Positions 41,170 through 51,642 are shown, counted from the first letter of the stretch. The stretch: DNA of 64,000 bases from Ruminococcaceae bacterium OttesenSCG-928-L11 (GCA_030265885.1 JAJDGX010000001.1:25080-89079); one strand, 5' to 3'. Made by a program: numbers and translations. The notes: generated by a model from the sequence alone, not told the origin.

Positions 41170-42326
41170 AGAGGCTGTTCTCCGCACTGATGGTGGCGCT
41201 CCTGCTTTCGGCGGGTACGCTGCCAGCCCATGCCCAGAGCGAGGTAACCTACAGTGATAATGTCGCGGACAGCGATGCGGTGGTTGTGGATTGGGTGGCT
41301 TCCCAAGATGCCCAATCCACTGCCGTACCACCGGAGCCGTCCACCTCCATCCCTGCCTCTGATTTGCCGGATACAACAGCCGCCGCGGAACCCGCGGCGG
41401 CTGCGCTTTTGCAGGAAGCCTCACCCATAGCACCCGAGCCGGGTGCGGTTGTTTCCTCTACATCCTCTACCTCGCAGAATAGCGAAGCCATCACCGAAAA
41501 CGGTGCTGTTCTGATAAAAAAGACCTATGAGCTATCGCCGGAAACCGACCCTGAATTAATGGTGGAGGATTTTGAACAGGACGGTTACCGCTTCACTCTG
41601 CGGGAAATTCTGCCCCAAGAGTTGCCCGGAGAGACCCTGACCTGCACCGCTTCCAAGGTGGCGGTGACCACTACCGACAGCAATGATCAGGAGGCAATCC
41701 TTGCGCAGTTCCCCGCGTACATTGAGCACGCCGAGGACGGCTACACTGGTCGGCTCGCGCTGGATGCCTCCAGTATCTGCACTGTGGTGGAGGAATACGA
41801 GACATATTCCTATTCGTACACCAAAACGGAGGAAATCACGGGGCTGAGCAGCAATGATCCCGCCCTGATTTCCAAGGCGCGGGCGGGCATGACGCTAGTG
41901 GACATCTCATTTCGGGAAAGCGGTAGTACCTACACTGCCGTCCTCACCTGGCTGGGAGTGGCAACCGGCCAGCGGCCAGTCAGCTATACCACTACCGCAT
42001 CCTATTCCGGTCAAGTCTCCCAAACCGTTCCCGGCAACATCCTGTACACCTATATTTATGAGGGGACGCCGCTGATTGAGGAGGACACCCCTGCCGTGGA
42101 GCCGCCCGCCCAGATGGAATCGGCGGCGGAGCTACAGCCGGCACAGGAATCATCTGTGTCGAACTCCATTAGCCTGAAAAATGTATTGCTCATCCTGATC
42201 GGTGTAGCGTATCCTGTGGGGCTGACGCTCCTGTTTGTCACGCATACCAGAAAAGAACGGAAATTAAGGAGGGAAAATCGTGAAGCACTTGAAGAGATTG
42301 CCCGGTTTATCCGGGGCGAAGCGTAG
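41166..42326 (+). CDS. Secreted, membrane-anchored hypothetical protein
   Basis: Signal peptide ending AHA; C-terminal TM helix with basic tail; overlaps both neighbours. Confidence 0.75.
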   Translation: MKRLFSALMVALLLSAGTLPAHAQSEVTYSDNVADSDAVVVDWVASQDAQSTAVPPEPSTSIPASDLPDTTAAAEPAAAALLQEASPIAPEPGAVVSSTSSTSQNSEAITENGAVLIKKTYELSPETDPELMVEDFEQDGYRFTLREILPQELPGETLTCTASKVAVTTTDSNDQEAILAQFPAYIEHAEDGYTGRLALDASSICTVVEEYETYSYSYTKTEEITGLSSNDPALISKARAGMTLVDISFRESGSTYTAVLTWLGVATGQRPVSYTTTASYSGQVSQTVPGNILYTYIYEGTPLIEEDTPAVEPPAQMESAAELQPAQESSVSNSISLKNVLLILIGVAYPVGLTLLFVTHTRKERKLRRENREALEEIARFIRGEA

Positions 42327-43023
42327 GCGGGGCCTGATATATATTGGCTGTGCCGCGCTGCTGCTGACCATTGTGATCATTGTAATATGGCCTCGCCCGG
42401 TGCGGTATGAGCTGGAAGCGGCGGCGGGTGAAATTGACTTCGCCGCGCCGGAGCTGACCGTACACACCGCGGCAGATGGCGTTGCCGTGGTGCGCCCACA
42501 GGCAAGGGAGGTTATCCCCGAAGCCAGCTCACCCACTGCCGGGGAACCGGCTCCGTCGCCCGAGGTCTGGGCCGAAGATACCGCCGCCACTCATGGCGGC
42601 TTCTCCTTGCCGGTTTCCATGGATGAGGCCGACAGCATTGGCGTGCTGACCATCTCCGACCTGGGCCTTTCCGTCCGTGTGTACGAGAGCGAGGACGAAA
42701 TGGAGGCAATGAGCATGGGGGTGGCCCACTTCAAGCACACCTCCGCTTGGGAGGGCAATGTCGGGCTGAGCGCGCACAATATCAATTTTGACGGCTCGGC
42801 GGGTTACTTCCGGGATCTTCATCTGCTCAGCGAGGGCGCCGTGATTCAGTACGAGACCGCCCATGGGACACGGGATTATGCCGTGACAGCCATCACCGAG
42901 ATTGCTGAAACCGATTGGAGCAGCCTCGCTCGCACCGAGGACAATCGCCTGACTCTCATCACCTGCGTCAGCGGCAAGCCGGAAAAGCGCCTTTGCGTGC
43001 AGGCGGTACAGTCTCAAAGGTGA
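42280..43023 (+). CDS. Sortase (class D-like)
   Basis: N-terminal TM helix; catalytic His (LSAHN), LTLITC and Arg (KRLCV). Confidence 0.9.
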   Translation: MKHLKRLPGLSGAKRRRGLIYIGCAALLLTIVIIVIWPRPVRYELEAAAGEIDFAAPELTVHTAADGVAVVRPQAREVIPEASSPTAGEPAPSPEVWAEDTAATHGGFSLPVSMDEADSIGVLTISDLGLSVRVYESEDEMEAMSMGVAHFKHTSAWEGNVGLSAHNINFDGSAGYFRDLHLLSEGAVIQYETAHGTRDYAVTAITEIAETDWSSLARTEDNRLTLITCVSGKPEKRLCVQAVQSQR

Positions 43024-43051
43024 ATATTTTCTCCGCATCCGCTGATTTGAC

Positions 43052-43080
43052 TTGACCTTTGCTTTCATCCAAGGTAACAT
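43052..43080 (+). promoter_or_regulatory. Putative promoter
   Basis: TTGACC-N17-TAACAT; shares ATCCAAGGT...ATGGGA with the promoter at 49854. Confidence 0.5.
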
Positions 43081-43123
43081 GGGAGCAGGAAAACCATTTT
43101 TTTACATACGAGGGGGAATCCAA

Positions 43124-43840
43124 ATGAAGAACCGCATTGCGAGAGCTGTGGCGGCAGCCGCGATGTCAGCTATGCTCTGTGTGTCGCTGGCTTCGCCGGT
43201 ATCCGCTGCGCAGAGCCTTTTCGGAGATATGGAAGCGAAAAGCCGTCAGGCTGTGGAGGCGGCGATCAAGGCGGGCAGTGTCCCGGCTGGGACCACGATT
43301 TATGACTGCGCATACGGCGCGGACGCAAACGGAAACACCATCGTCATCCAGTATCGCGACAAGGATGGCAAGTGGGTTGATGTTGTTACAGGAAAACCGG
43401 CGGCTTCCACGCCTGCCGCCGAGGAAAAGCCTGCGGCGGATGCTCTCGCGGAGCAGGCGGATCAGATGCTTGCCCTCATTAATCAGGAGCGGGAAAGCGT
43501 CGGCGCGGCGCCTGTGACACGCAGTGATTTCCTTGATGCGGCGGCGCTGACAAGGGCGCAGGAGTGCGCATCCCTTAACAGCCAGCGCGTGGACGGCAAG
43601 GCGCACACCCGCCCGGACGGCTCCCGCTGGTTTACCGTGCTGGGCATCGATGTCAACTACAATTACGGTGAGAATGTTATTCAGGGCGGGGACGCCGACA
43701 ATCAGATGAAGCGGTTCATGGCTTCGGAGGGCCACAAAGCCCTCATTTTGAAGCCCTCCTACACAGAGGTTGGAATCGGCTGTGCCATTTCCGAGGAGGG
43801 CAACATCTTCACCGTGCAGATTTTCTACAACGATAAATAA
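43124..43840 (+). CDS. Secreted CAP/SCP-domain protein
   Basis: Signal peptide; LINQER, HTRPDG, GENV, SEGHKALIL and VGIG motifs. Confidence 0.88.
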   Translation: MKNRIARAVAAAAMSAMLCVSLASPVSAAQSLFGDMEAKSRQAVEAAIKAGSVPAGTTIYDCAYGADANGNTIVIQYRDKDGKWVDVVTGKPAASTPAAEEKPAADALAEQADQMLALINQERESVGAAPVTRSDFLDAAALTRAQECASLNSQRVDGKAHTRPDGSRWFTVLGIDVNYNYGENVIQGGDADNQMKRFMASEGHKALILKPSYTEVGIGCAISEEGNIFTVQIFYNDK

Positions 43841-43931
43841 CGGAATACACCCTATCCGCAAGGCCATTGCCTCATTACGAGGCGGTGGCCTTTTGCTATG
43901 CCCAAAACAAAAAGAGGAGTGAACGCTACAC

Positions 43932-46900
43932 ATGGCGAAAACAAGGATTTGTTCCTTACTGTTGGCCGTGATCATGGTTATCACGGCTGCGCTGCCTGCC
44001 TATGCGCAGGGATTTGAACCGCTGTCCGAGCTGGTGGATGTTACGGAGCGGGATGACAGCGAAGCCCCTTCCGGCATGCAGGATGATCCGGCCCCGGATG
44101 ATGACAGTACATCCACAGTTCCGACTGGCACTGAGGAGGAGCCTGCCACTCCGACACAGGCTTCATCGCCTGATGAACCGGAGGAAGAATCCACACCCCT
44201 CGGCCAATCCGGCCTCAGTGGTGATGATTCTTTTTACCTGGATTGCACCCCGGAGCAGGCTGCGGAGCTGATTGCGTTCTATGAGTTCGTCAGCGATCAG
44301 ATCGCCCGGCAATCCAACCCTCGCCTGCGATCCGCGCCGGGCGACAAGGGTACCGTCAGCTGGACATGGGGCGAGGCAGTCGGCATTGATGTTCCCAGCG
44401 GCGATCCCAATAACCCCTATCACATCGGCAACATCCCGCGTATCACGCTGTCGACCAGCAACCCGCCGCTGGGCCGCCCTTTCTGCGTGCAGTTCGGCGT
44501 TGATCCCGCCGGCAACTACACCGCCAGCGAGGGCAGCGACAGCCAGATATTGTCCCTGTTGGTGGCGCAGCACAAAGGCTCGGCATCGGCAGTCGGCGTT
44601 CAGCTTGCGCTGTGGTACACCGAGAATGGTCTGCCGCTGTCCACCCAGCCCCAATCGGCCGCCGCGTTGTCAGCAGCCTCCAGTGTTGACACCACTGGTT
44701 ACACCTACCTGCTCTGGAGCAGCGGTTCCGGCCAGCCCTTTGTTACATTGGACAAGGCGGAGGACCCCGACCCTGATCCTGATCCAGACCCTGACCCGGA
44801 CCCCGATCCTGACCCTGAAAACCCCAACACCCGCACAGAGGTTACCACCGACACCGAGACCCGCACAGAGATCCGCTCCAGCACCGAATATGAATATTCG
44901 GATGCCATTGGGCAGATCACCGTCACCAAGCGGGACGATGAGGGCAATTCTCTTGACGGCGCTATCTTCCGCATCGACATCGAGTTTGCCAATGGCGAGC
45001 GTGGCGGCACCAGCGCGTTCGAGGTCTACAACGGCTCCCGGCTGTTCACCTGGACGCATCCCCGCGATGACCACGAGCCCGCGACGGTAACCGTCACCGA
45101 GATTTATTGTCCTCCGGGATATATCATGGACCCCACGCCGCAGACGGCAGTTGTGCATCCCACCTACACCCGCGTGACCAAAGTGCTGACGCACACCATC
45201 ACCATCACAACCACCACAACAACAACCACCGTCATCGATATCGACAGCGGCGAGGTGCTGTCGGAATCCTCGGCAGAAGCGGATGCCGAAACCGAGCTGA
45301 ACCCGCCCACCGTGCAGGAATATACCGACTTCATCGAGGGGGACCGGGAGACCGACCTCACCTTTGTGAACGCGCAGGAATCGTGCAGCCTGACAATTTA
45401 CAAGTATGAAAAAGGCTCCTACAGCACCCCATTGTCCGGCGCGCGGTTCCGTATTCGGTATGCCGATCCCGATATTTCCGCTCAGGTATGGGAGCGAACC
45501 ACGGACGGCTCCGGCAAAATTGTCATTGATCCGCTGCCCTTTGCGGGGACGCTTGTCTGCGAGGAGCTGGAGGCCCCCGGCGGCTACGAAATCGGCGATC
45601 AGAGCAGCTTTACCATCACCGTTGCCAAGGGTGAGCACAAGCAGTTGGATGTCTCCAACGAAAAACGCGCCCAGCTCGTAGTATACAAAAGGGATGCCGT
45701 GTCCGGCCAGCTGCTCCAGGGCGCGGTGTTTAAGGCGACGATGATCGGAACCGGCATCGTCAAAACCGCCGAGAGCGGCGCGGATGGCCGCGCCGTGTTT
45801 ACCGACCTGATCCCCGGCGAATGGCGCATCGAGGAGCAAACCCCGCCGCCCTACTTCCTCCCCACCACCAAGGTGGAGACGGTTCACATCCCTGACGGCA
45901 GCTACAAAACGCTGGAGCTGACCTTTGAGAACCAGCCCTACAGCGGCCTCACCATCCGCAAGGTCAGCTATCACGATGGCCGTGGCCTGCAGGGGGCGGT
46001 ATTCGGCTTGTATCGCGGCTCCGAGGCCCATCCCACCGACTTCCTGGGGGAATACCAGAGCGACATCAATGGCCGCATTGTCATTGACAAGCTGGAAAGC
46101 AACCAGTATTACACGGTTGTGGAGCGGCAGCCTCCCGCCGGGTTCCTGCTGGATGAGGACAACACCCGCACCATCCTCATCAAGCCCGATGCCGTTAACA
46201 ACAACATCACCCTCATTTTCCGCAACAAGGAGCGCCCCAAGATCCTCATTGAAAAGGTGGATGATTTGGGGAAGCCTGTGCCAAACTGCACCTTCAAGGT
46301 CAGCCGCAGGGATTCGGCGGAATATATTGAGGTCACCACCGGCAGCAACGGCACCGTGCTGGTGGAGAACCTCGAAGAAGATTGGTACCAGATTGTTGAG
46401 GTCAGAGCCGCCGATGGCGTCATCATTTCGGATGAGGTCAAGGACATCGAGACCAAGGCCGGAACCACCAGCACCGTTCAATTCGTCAATTTCAGAAGCC
46501 CCACCCTCACCATCCAAAAGGTGGACGCCGTCACCGGTCAGGGCTTGGACGACGCTGTGATCCGCATCTGGCGAGAGGGCGTGGACGAGCATCAGGATTA
46601 CACCACCGCAGGCGGCGGGTATATCCGGCTCAGGGATCAATCCCCCGGCACCATCATCTGCAAGGAAATCAAAAGCCCGGCGGGGTATCTTCTGAGTGAT
46701 GAGGAGCACCGCTTGGTGCTGGAGCCGGGCGGGAGCCATCAGCTTGTCATCCAGAACCACAAGCTGCCCACCCTCACCATCCGCAAGATCGATGAGCAGA
46801 CCGGCGCGGGTGTGGAGGGCGTTGTGCTGCGCATCACAAAGGATGGCGCCATGGAGTATCGGGATGTCACCACCGGGAAGGATGGAGTGATCGTCCTCAC

Positions 46901-49739
46901 TGACATGGAACCCGGCTGGGTAACCATTGTGGAGCAGAAGGCCAAGGACGGATATATTTTGGATCAATCGCCTCATTATATCCAGCTCAAGCCCGGCGAA
47001 AACCACGAAATTATCATCAAAAACAAGCATAAGCCCAGCCTGAAAATTATCAAGCTGGACAGCGTCACCAAGCAGCCGCTACAGTATGTCACCTTCTCCA
47101 TCGGGTACAAGAACGGCCTGCCCCTGGGCGAGTACACCACTGATGCAAACGGTGAAATCTATCTGGAGGACATTGATCCCGGTACGGTGATAATCACCGA
47201 AAGCAAGGGCAGGGACGGCTACATCATCGATGGAGCCAGCCGCGAGGCGGTCATTGAGTGGGGCAAGCTTATTACCGTTGAGATTTTCAACACCCCCAAG
47301 AATCCGCTGATCATTAAAAAGGTGGATGCCAAGACCGGCGAACCCCTTGCTGGTGCGGTGTTCACCGTCACCAAGGTTAATGGGGAGTTTGTGGGAGAGT
47401 TCACCACCGGGCGCAACGGATTCATCACCGTAACCGGCATTGAGCCGGGATTTTTTACAGTGCGGGAAACCAAAAGCCCGGAAGGATTTATCCTCGATGA
47501 CACCCCCAAAACCGTGGAGCTGAAGCTGAATCAGCCTGCCGAGGTGACCTTTGAAAACAAGCCCCTCAACGGCATCCAGATCAGCAAAATTGACGCCGAC
47601 ACCCGTGAGCCTCTGGAGGGCGTCAAGTTCGTTGTTCGAGAGAAAGGCGGCCGCCATATTGGTGAGTATACCACGAATGCCAATGGCCTCATTGATGTGC
47701 CCGATTTGGAGCCGGGCTGGTATCAGATCTACGAATCCGCCACCTTGCCCGGTTACCTTTTGGACAGCAATGTGGTGGATGTGGAGCTGCTCTGGAACGA
47801 TCACAAACTGCTGGAGTTCACCAACCACAAGCTCTCCGGCCTGCAAATCCGCAAGACGGATGCCGTCACTGGCGATCCCATTCAGGGCGTCAAGTTCCGT
47901 CTGACCAAGATCGGCGGCGAGCTGGTGGGTGATTACACCACCAATTCCGGCGGCTTCATCGCCGTGGCTGATCTGGAGCCGGGGTGGTATACCGCCTGGG
48001 AGACCGCCACGATCTCTGGCTATGTACTGGATTCGACGCCCCAGAATATTCAGATCAAGGAGAGCAGCCTTGCGGTGCTGGAGTTCACAAACCAGCCACT
48101 GACCGGGCTGCAAATCAGGAAATCCGATGCTGTCACCGGCGAGCCGCTGGCTGGTGTGGAGTTCTCCGTTGCTGAGCTGAATGGCAGGCGGATCGGCAGC
48201 TTTACCACCGACAGCTCCGGTATCATCTTTGTTCCCGATCTAAAAGAGGGCTGGTATGTAGTTTCTGAGGTGAAGGGCTTGACCGGCTACAAGCCGGATA
48301 TCGCACCCCGAAATGTGGAGCTCCGAGCGGATCGTCTCAATGTGCTGGAGTACAAGAACCAGCCCTGGCCGTATCTCACCATCAAAAAGGTGGACGCGGA
48401 CACCGGCAAACCCATCGCGGGCGTGAAGTTCAAAATCTATGACGCCAACTCCCGCGAGCTGGGTGAATTTAGCACCAATGACCTTGGCATTATCAAGCTT
48501 ACCGGCATGGAGCCGGGGAAATATTTCGTCAGGGAAAGCGTCGCGGCGGAGGGTTATGCCCTCGACTCCACAGCTCGCGAGGTTGTGCTGTACTGGGGCA
48601 AAACCGCCACCATTGAGGTGAAAAACACGCCCCTTGCCTCCCTGCGGCTGAAAAAGGTGGACAGTATCACCAAGAAGCCGCTTGCGGGCGCTACCTTCCT
48701 GCTGTACGATGCAAAGAACAATATTATTGGAGAGTATGTATCCGATGAGAACGGCCTGATCGAGCTTCCGCGCTCCTTGCCCGCAGGAAAATACAAGGCG
48801 AAGGAGACCGTTGCCCCGGATAATTATGTGCTTCTGGACAAGCCGGTTTCCTTTGAACTGAAAGCCGGTGCGACAACCGAGATCGAGATCCCCAACGAAC
48901 CGGTTCGCGGCAGGATTCAGATCGTGAAGAAGTCTGCCGACAAGAACAGCATCACCAGGGCAAAGGCTGGCACCGCGCTGGCCGGGGCGGTGTTTGAGAT
49001 TGTGGACGAGAACCTTGATGTGGTGGACACCATCACCACCAATGATCGCGGCATCGCTGAGAGCCTCGATCTCCCCTTGGGGAAATATGCGGTGCGGGAG
49101 ATCGAGGCGCCCGAGCACTACCTGCTGTGCGATTCCGTTTTCTATGCCGAGGTGAAGCTCCACGGCGATGTGGTGCGCTTTGAGGTGCTCAATGACAGCA
49201 TTGATCTCGCTGTCACAGTCGAGAAGCGCGGCAATGTGGAGGCTTTGCCGGGCGATGTGATCCGTTATGATTTCAGTAACATTTCCAACGCCGGCAACTG
49301 CGAGCTGGAGGAGTTCTTCTGGCATGACCAGCTCCCCACCGACGCGGTGCGCCTGGAAACACTGCACACCGGAACTTGGAGCGAGAAGCTGCGGTACAAG
49401 GTGGTCTATCGCACCAATCTCAAAACGGAGTACCGCACCTGGGAGGATAACCTGTCCACCGCGCGGAATAATGAGCTTTCCGTGGCCGATCTCCGACTGG
49501 CGGCAAATGAATTTGTCACCGATTTCAAGCTGGAGTTTGGGACGGTTGAGGCCGGATTCCATGAGGTGGAGGCGCCCCACATCCTCACCAAGGTGCTGGA
49601 CGATCTGCCGGATGGGCACCGCTTTGTCAACAAGACCGATGTGGGTGGCAGAAGCGGCGACGAGTGGGCCACAGCAAAGGATTCCTGGGTGACAGTGGTG
49701 TTCGCACCCGACAAATCCCTTCCGAGAACGGGGTACTAA
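43932..49739 (+). CDS. Giant adhesin: putative thioester domain, many SpaA/CnaB isopeptide repeats, terminal LPRTG
   Basis: Signal peptide; FCVQ...VQLALW...SGQPFV; repeated IxKxD...L.G..F...E..AP.GY...N units; ends LPRTGY-stop. Confidence 0.9.
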   Translation: MAKTRICSLLLAVIMVITAALPAYAQGFEPLSELVDVTERDDSEAPSGMQDDPAPDDDSTSTVPTGTEEEPATPTQASSPDEPEEESTPLGQSGLSGDDSFYLDCTPEQAAELIAFYEFVSDQIARQSNPRLRSAPGDKGTVSWTWGEAVGIDVPSGDPNNPYHIGNIPRITLSTSNPPLGRPFCVQFGVDPAGNYTASEGSDSQILSLLVAQHKGSASAVGVQLALWYTENGLPLSTQPQSAAALSAASSVDTTGYTYLLWSSGSGQPFVTLDKAEDPDPDPDPDPDPDPDPDPENPNTRTEVTTDTETRTEIRSSTEYEYSDAIGQITVTKRDDEGNSLDGAIFRIDIEFANGERGGTSAFEVYNGSRLFTWTHPRDDHEPATVTVTEIYCPPGYIMDPTPQTAVVHPTYTRVTKVLTHTITITTTTTTTTVIDIDSGEVLSESSAEADAETELNPPTVQEYTDFIEGDRETDLTFVNAQESCSLTIYKYEKGSYSTPLSGARFRIRYADPDISAQVWERTTDGSGKIVIDPLPFAGTLVCEELEAPGGYEIGDQSSFTITVAKGEHKQLDVSNEKRAQLVVYKRDAVSGQLLQGAVFKATMIGTGIVKTAESGADGRAVFTDLIPGEWRIEEQTPPPYFLPTTKVETVHIPDGSYKTLELTFENQPYSGLTIRKVSYHDGRGLQGAVFGLYRGSEAHPTDFLGEYQSDINGRIVIDKLESNQYYTVVERQPPAGFLLDEDNTRTILIKPDAVNNNITLIFRNKERPKILIEKVDDLGKPVPNCTFKVSRRDSAEYIEVTTGSNGTVLVENLEEDWYQIVEVRAADGVIISDEVKDIETKAGTTSTVQFVNFRSPTLTIQKVDAVTGQGLDDAVIRIWREGVDEHQDYTTAGGGYIRLRDQSPGTIICKEIKSPAGYLLSDEEHRLVLEPGGSHQLVIQNHKLPTLTIRKIDEQTGAGVEGVVLRITKDGAMEYRDVTTGKDGVIVLTDMEPGWVTIVEQKAKDGYILDQSPHYIQLKPGENHEIIIKNKHKPSLKIIKLDSVTKQPLQYVTFSIGYKNGLPLGEYTTDANGEIYLEDIDPGTVIITESKGRDGYIIDGASREAVIEWGKLITVEIFNTPKNPLIIKKVDAKTGEPLAGAVFTVTKVNGEFVGEFTTGRNGFITVTGIEPGFFTVRETKSPEGFILDDTPKTVELKLNQPAEVTFENKPLNGIQISKIDADTREPLEGVKFVVREKGGRHIGEYTTNANGLIDVPDLEPGWYQIYESATLPGYLLDSNVVDVELLWNDHKLLEFTNHKLSGLQIRKTDAVTGDPIQGVKFRLTKIGGELVGDYTTNSGGFIAVADLEPGWYTAWETATISGYVLDSTPQNIQIKESSLAVLEFTNQPLTGLQIRKSDAVTGEPLAGVEFSVAELNGRRIGSFTTDSSGIIFVPDLKEGWYVVSEVKGLTGYKPDIAPRNVELRADRLNVLEYKNQPWPYLTIKKVDADTGKPIAGVKFKIYDANSRELGEFSTNDLGIIKLTGMEPGKYFVRESVAAEGYALDSTAREVVLYWGKTATIEVKNTPLASLRLKKVDSITKKPLAGATFLLYDAKNNIIGEYVSDENGLIELPRSLPAGKYKAKETVAPDNYVLLDKPVSFELKAGATTEIEIPNEPVRGRIQIVKKSADKNSITRAKAGTALAGAVFEIVDENLDVVDTITTNDRGIAESLDLPLGKYAVREIEAPEHYLLCDSVFYAEVKLHGDVVRFEVLNDSIDLAVTVEKRGNVEALPGDVIRYDFSNISNAGNCELEEFFWHDQLPTDAVRLETLHTGTWSEKLRYKVVYRTNLKTEYRTWEDNLSTARNNELSVADLRLAANEFVTDFKLEFGTVEAGFHEVEAPHILTKVLDDLPDGHRFVNKTDVGGRSGDEWATAKDSWVTVVFAPDKSLPRTGY
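44763..44816 (+). repeat. (Asp-Pro)9 coding tandem repeat
   Basis: Nine degenerate GAYCCN units. Confidence 0.9.
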
Positions 49740-49853
49740 TACCAAACGCACAGGGTGGGAGCTTCCCTCATTGGAAGTTTCCCACCTTATGCACACCGCA
49801 TTTTCACAGAAAGCTCTCCGTAATCTTTGGTACAAATTCGGCGCAAAAGGGCC

Positions 49854-49882
49854 TTGCATTTCACAGCAATCCAAGGTTCAAT
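49854..49882 (+). promoter_or_regulatory. Putative promoter
   Basis: TTGCAT-N17-TTCAAT preceded by AAAGGGCC, the same lead-in as the promoter at 50668. Confidence 0.45.
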
Positions 49883-49912
49883 GGGACAAACGATTTCGAG
49901 GAGGTTTTTCCC

Positions 49913-50581
49913 ATGAACGCGCAGTTCGCACAAAAGATTACAGGGGATCGTAAGGCAGTCATGGCGGTAATCGCAGGGATTACCGCTACGGCTGTCACCT
50001 ATACCAAGGCGCCCCGGTTCGCCTATGAGGCTGGCGGGTTATCCATTGACCGCGAGGGTGTGCTTTCCACCCCGATATTCCCTATTCGGGAAGCGGCGTT
50101 TTTCTCAAACCTGATTGCCGATCTGGGCGAAGAGGGCTTCGACGCCGAGGGTGCGCTCTGTGTCACAATCATTCCGGATGAATTTGAACCCAGCCACCTG
50201 CGCAATATTGAGGCGATCCTCGCAGGAAAAGCAACGCTGATCCGACATGCCCTGGGCACAAAGTCAGAGCTATCCGTAGAGCCTGTGGAGGAGGGCTTCT
50301 GCTTTTCGTTTTTCCCGGCTTCTGTCAGCAGTGAAGCGGTGTTGGCCGCGGTTCAGTTCTCCACGCTGGTGGCGGCGCAAGCCGCCGGTCAGCAAAGCGT
50401 TCGCACCAGAGATCGGCCTGTTGAAAATGAGAAATATGCCATGCGATGCTTTCTTCTGCGCATTGGCATGATCGGCCCGGAGTATGCAATCGCTCGCAGG
50501 GAGTTTCTTGCGCGATTGCCCGGTGACGGCGCGTTTCGAAGTGGTTCGCGCCCTGCGGCTGCCGTGCCGGAAATCCTGTAA
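49913..50581 (+). CDS. Phage/ICE 'virulence-related' hypothetical protein sharing the amidoligase C-terminal domain
   Basis: YTKAPRFAYE N-terminus and ENEKYAMRCFLLRIGMIGPEY C-terminus; RBS GAGGAGG. Confidence 0.75.
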   Translation: MNAQFAQKITGDRKAVMAVIAGITATAVTYTKAPRFAYEAGGLSIDREGVLSTPIFPIREAAFFSNLIADLGEEGFDAEGALCVTIIPDEFEPSHLRNIEAILAGKATLIRHALGTKSELSVEPVEEGFCFSFFPASVSSEAVLAAVQFSTLVAAQAAGQQSVRTRDRPVENEKYAMRCFLLRIGMIGPEYAIARREFLARLPGDGAFRSGSRPAAAVPEIL

Positions 50582-50667
50582 ATTAGCGATTGTAAAGCCG
50601 TTTTCCCTCCGTCAAAGCACACACAAACCATGCCGAAAGATTGGCAAATATACAGCGCCAAAGGGCC

Positions 50668-50696
50668 TTGTAAAGCCTCCCGAACAGAGTTAATAT
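50668..50696 (+). promoter_or_regulatory. Putative promoter
   Basis: TTGTAA-N17-TAATAT; similar to TTGTAA-N17-TATACT at 63456. Confidence 0.5.
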
Positions 50697-50745
50697 ACAC
50701 ACATGGAAACACAAACAAATGTGCGTATATTAGGGAGGAACGGCT

Positions 50746-51642
50746 ATGTTATCAGCTAAATTCGGTATCGAGATTGAGTTCACGGGTATCACCCGGCAGC
50801 GGGCGGCGGAGGTTGCCGCAGAGGTTCTCGGTGGCACACGGAACGGTGAAAGGGTCACCGCTCCCGACCGCAGGGTTTGGAAGTTTGTCAGTGACGGCAG
50901 TATCCGGGTCGAAAGCCGCAGGGGCCGTCAGGCCCAGGCCGTGGAACTGGTCAGCCCCATTCTCACCTACCGGGAGGACATTGACACCTTGCAGAAGCTG
51001 ATCCGCGCTCTGCGGGAAGCCGGGGGGCGTGCCAACTCAAGCTGCGGTATCCATATCCACCTGAATGGGGCCAACCATGATGTTCGCAGCATCCGTAATT
51101 TCATCAATATCATCGCCGCCCGCAATGATCTTTTCTACAAGGCGCTTCAAATCGAGCCGGACCGGATGCGGTACTGCAAAAAAATGGATGCCATGCTGGT
51201 GGGAAAGATGAACCAGCGCAAGCCGAGGACGCTGGAGCAGGTCAGAAAAATCTGGTACGAGGGTTACGCGGGCAACCAGAGCAATCATTATCATCAGAGC
51301 CGCTACCATTTTCTCAACCTCCACAGCTTCTTCAACGGCCATGGTACAGTCGAACTTCGCGGCTTTAACAGCACCCTGCACGCTGGAAAAATCAGGGCAT
51401 ATATTGTCCTCGCTCTGGCCCTCAATCATCAGGCTCTGACACAGAAATCCGCCCGCCCTGCCAAGTGCCAGATGGAGAACGAAAAGTTCGCCATGCGGGT
51501 GTATCTCAACCGGATTGGCTTCATCGGGGAGGAGTTCGCCAACTGCCGGGAGCACCTCTACATGCACCTGGCCGGCAACGCCGCCTGGCGGTATCGGGAA
51601 CCGGCGCCTCGCCGGACAACGCCCTCTCCGGTCCGTACCTGA
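50746..51642 (+). CDS. Amidoligase_2-family (COOH-NH2 ligase) enzyme
   Basis: FGIEIE, SDGSI, ELVSPIL, SCGIHIH, RYHFLN and TVELRGFNSTL motifs. Confidence 0.9.
   Translation: MLSAKFGIEIEFTGITRQRAAEVAAEVLGGTRNGERVTAPDRRVWKFVSDGSIRVESRRGRQAQAVELVSPILTYREDIDTLQKLIRALREAGGRANSSCGIHIHLNGANHDVRSIRNFINIIAARNDLFYKALQIEPDRMRYCKKMDAMLVGKMNQRKPRTLEQVRKIWYEGYAGNQSNHYHQSRYHFLNLHSFFNGHGTVELRGFNSTLHAGKIRAYIVLALALNHQALTQKSARPAKCQMENEKFAMRVYLNRIGFIGEEFANCREHLYMHLAGNAAWRYREPAPRRTTPSPVRT

Noticed and set aside
44670-47030. 786-aa minus-strand ORF and similar long antisense ORFs (8250-9704, 16409-17923, 33461-34885, 48240-49874, 52762-54045, 59717-60931)
   Set aside because: Shadows of GC-rich genes on the opposite strand, with no motifs or RBS.
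45380-49200. Diversity-generating or shufflon-type variation in the adhesin repeats
   Set aside because: The repeats are diverged at DNA level, and no reverse transcriptase, invertase or inverted recombination sites were seen.
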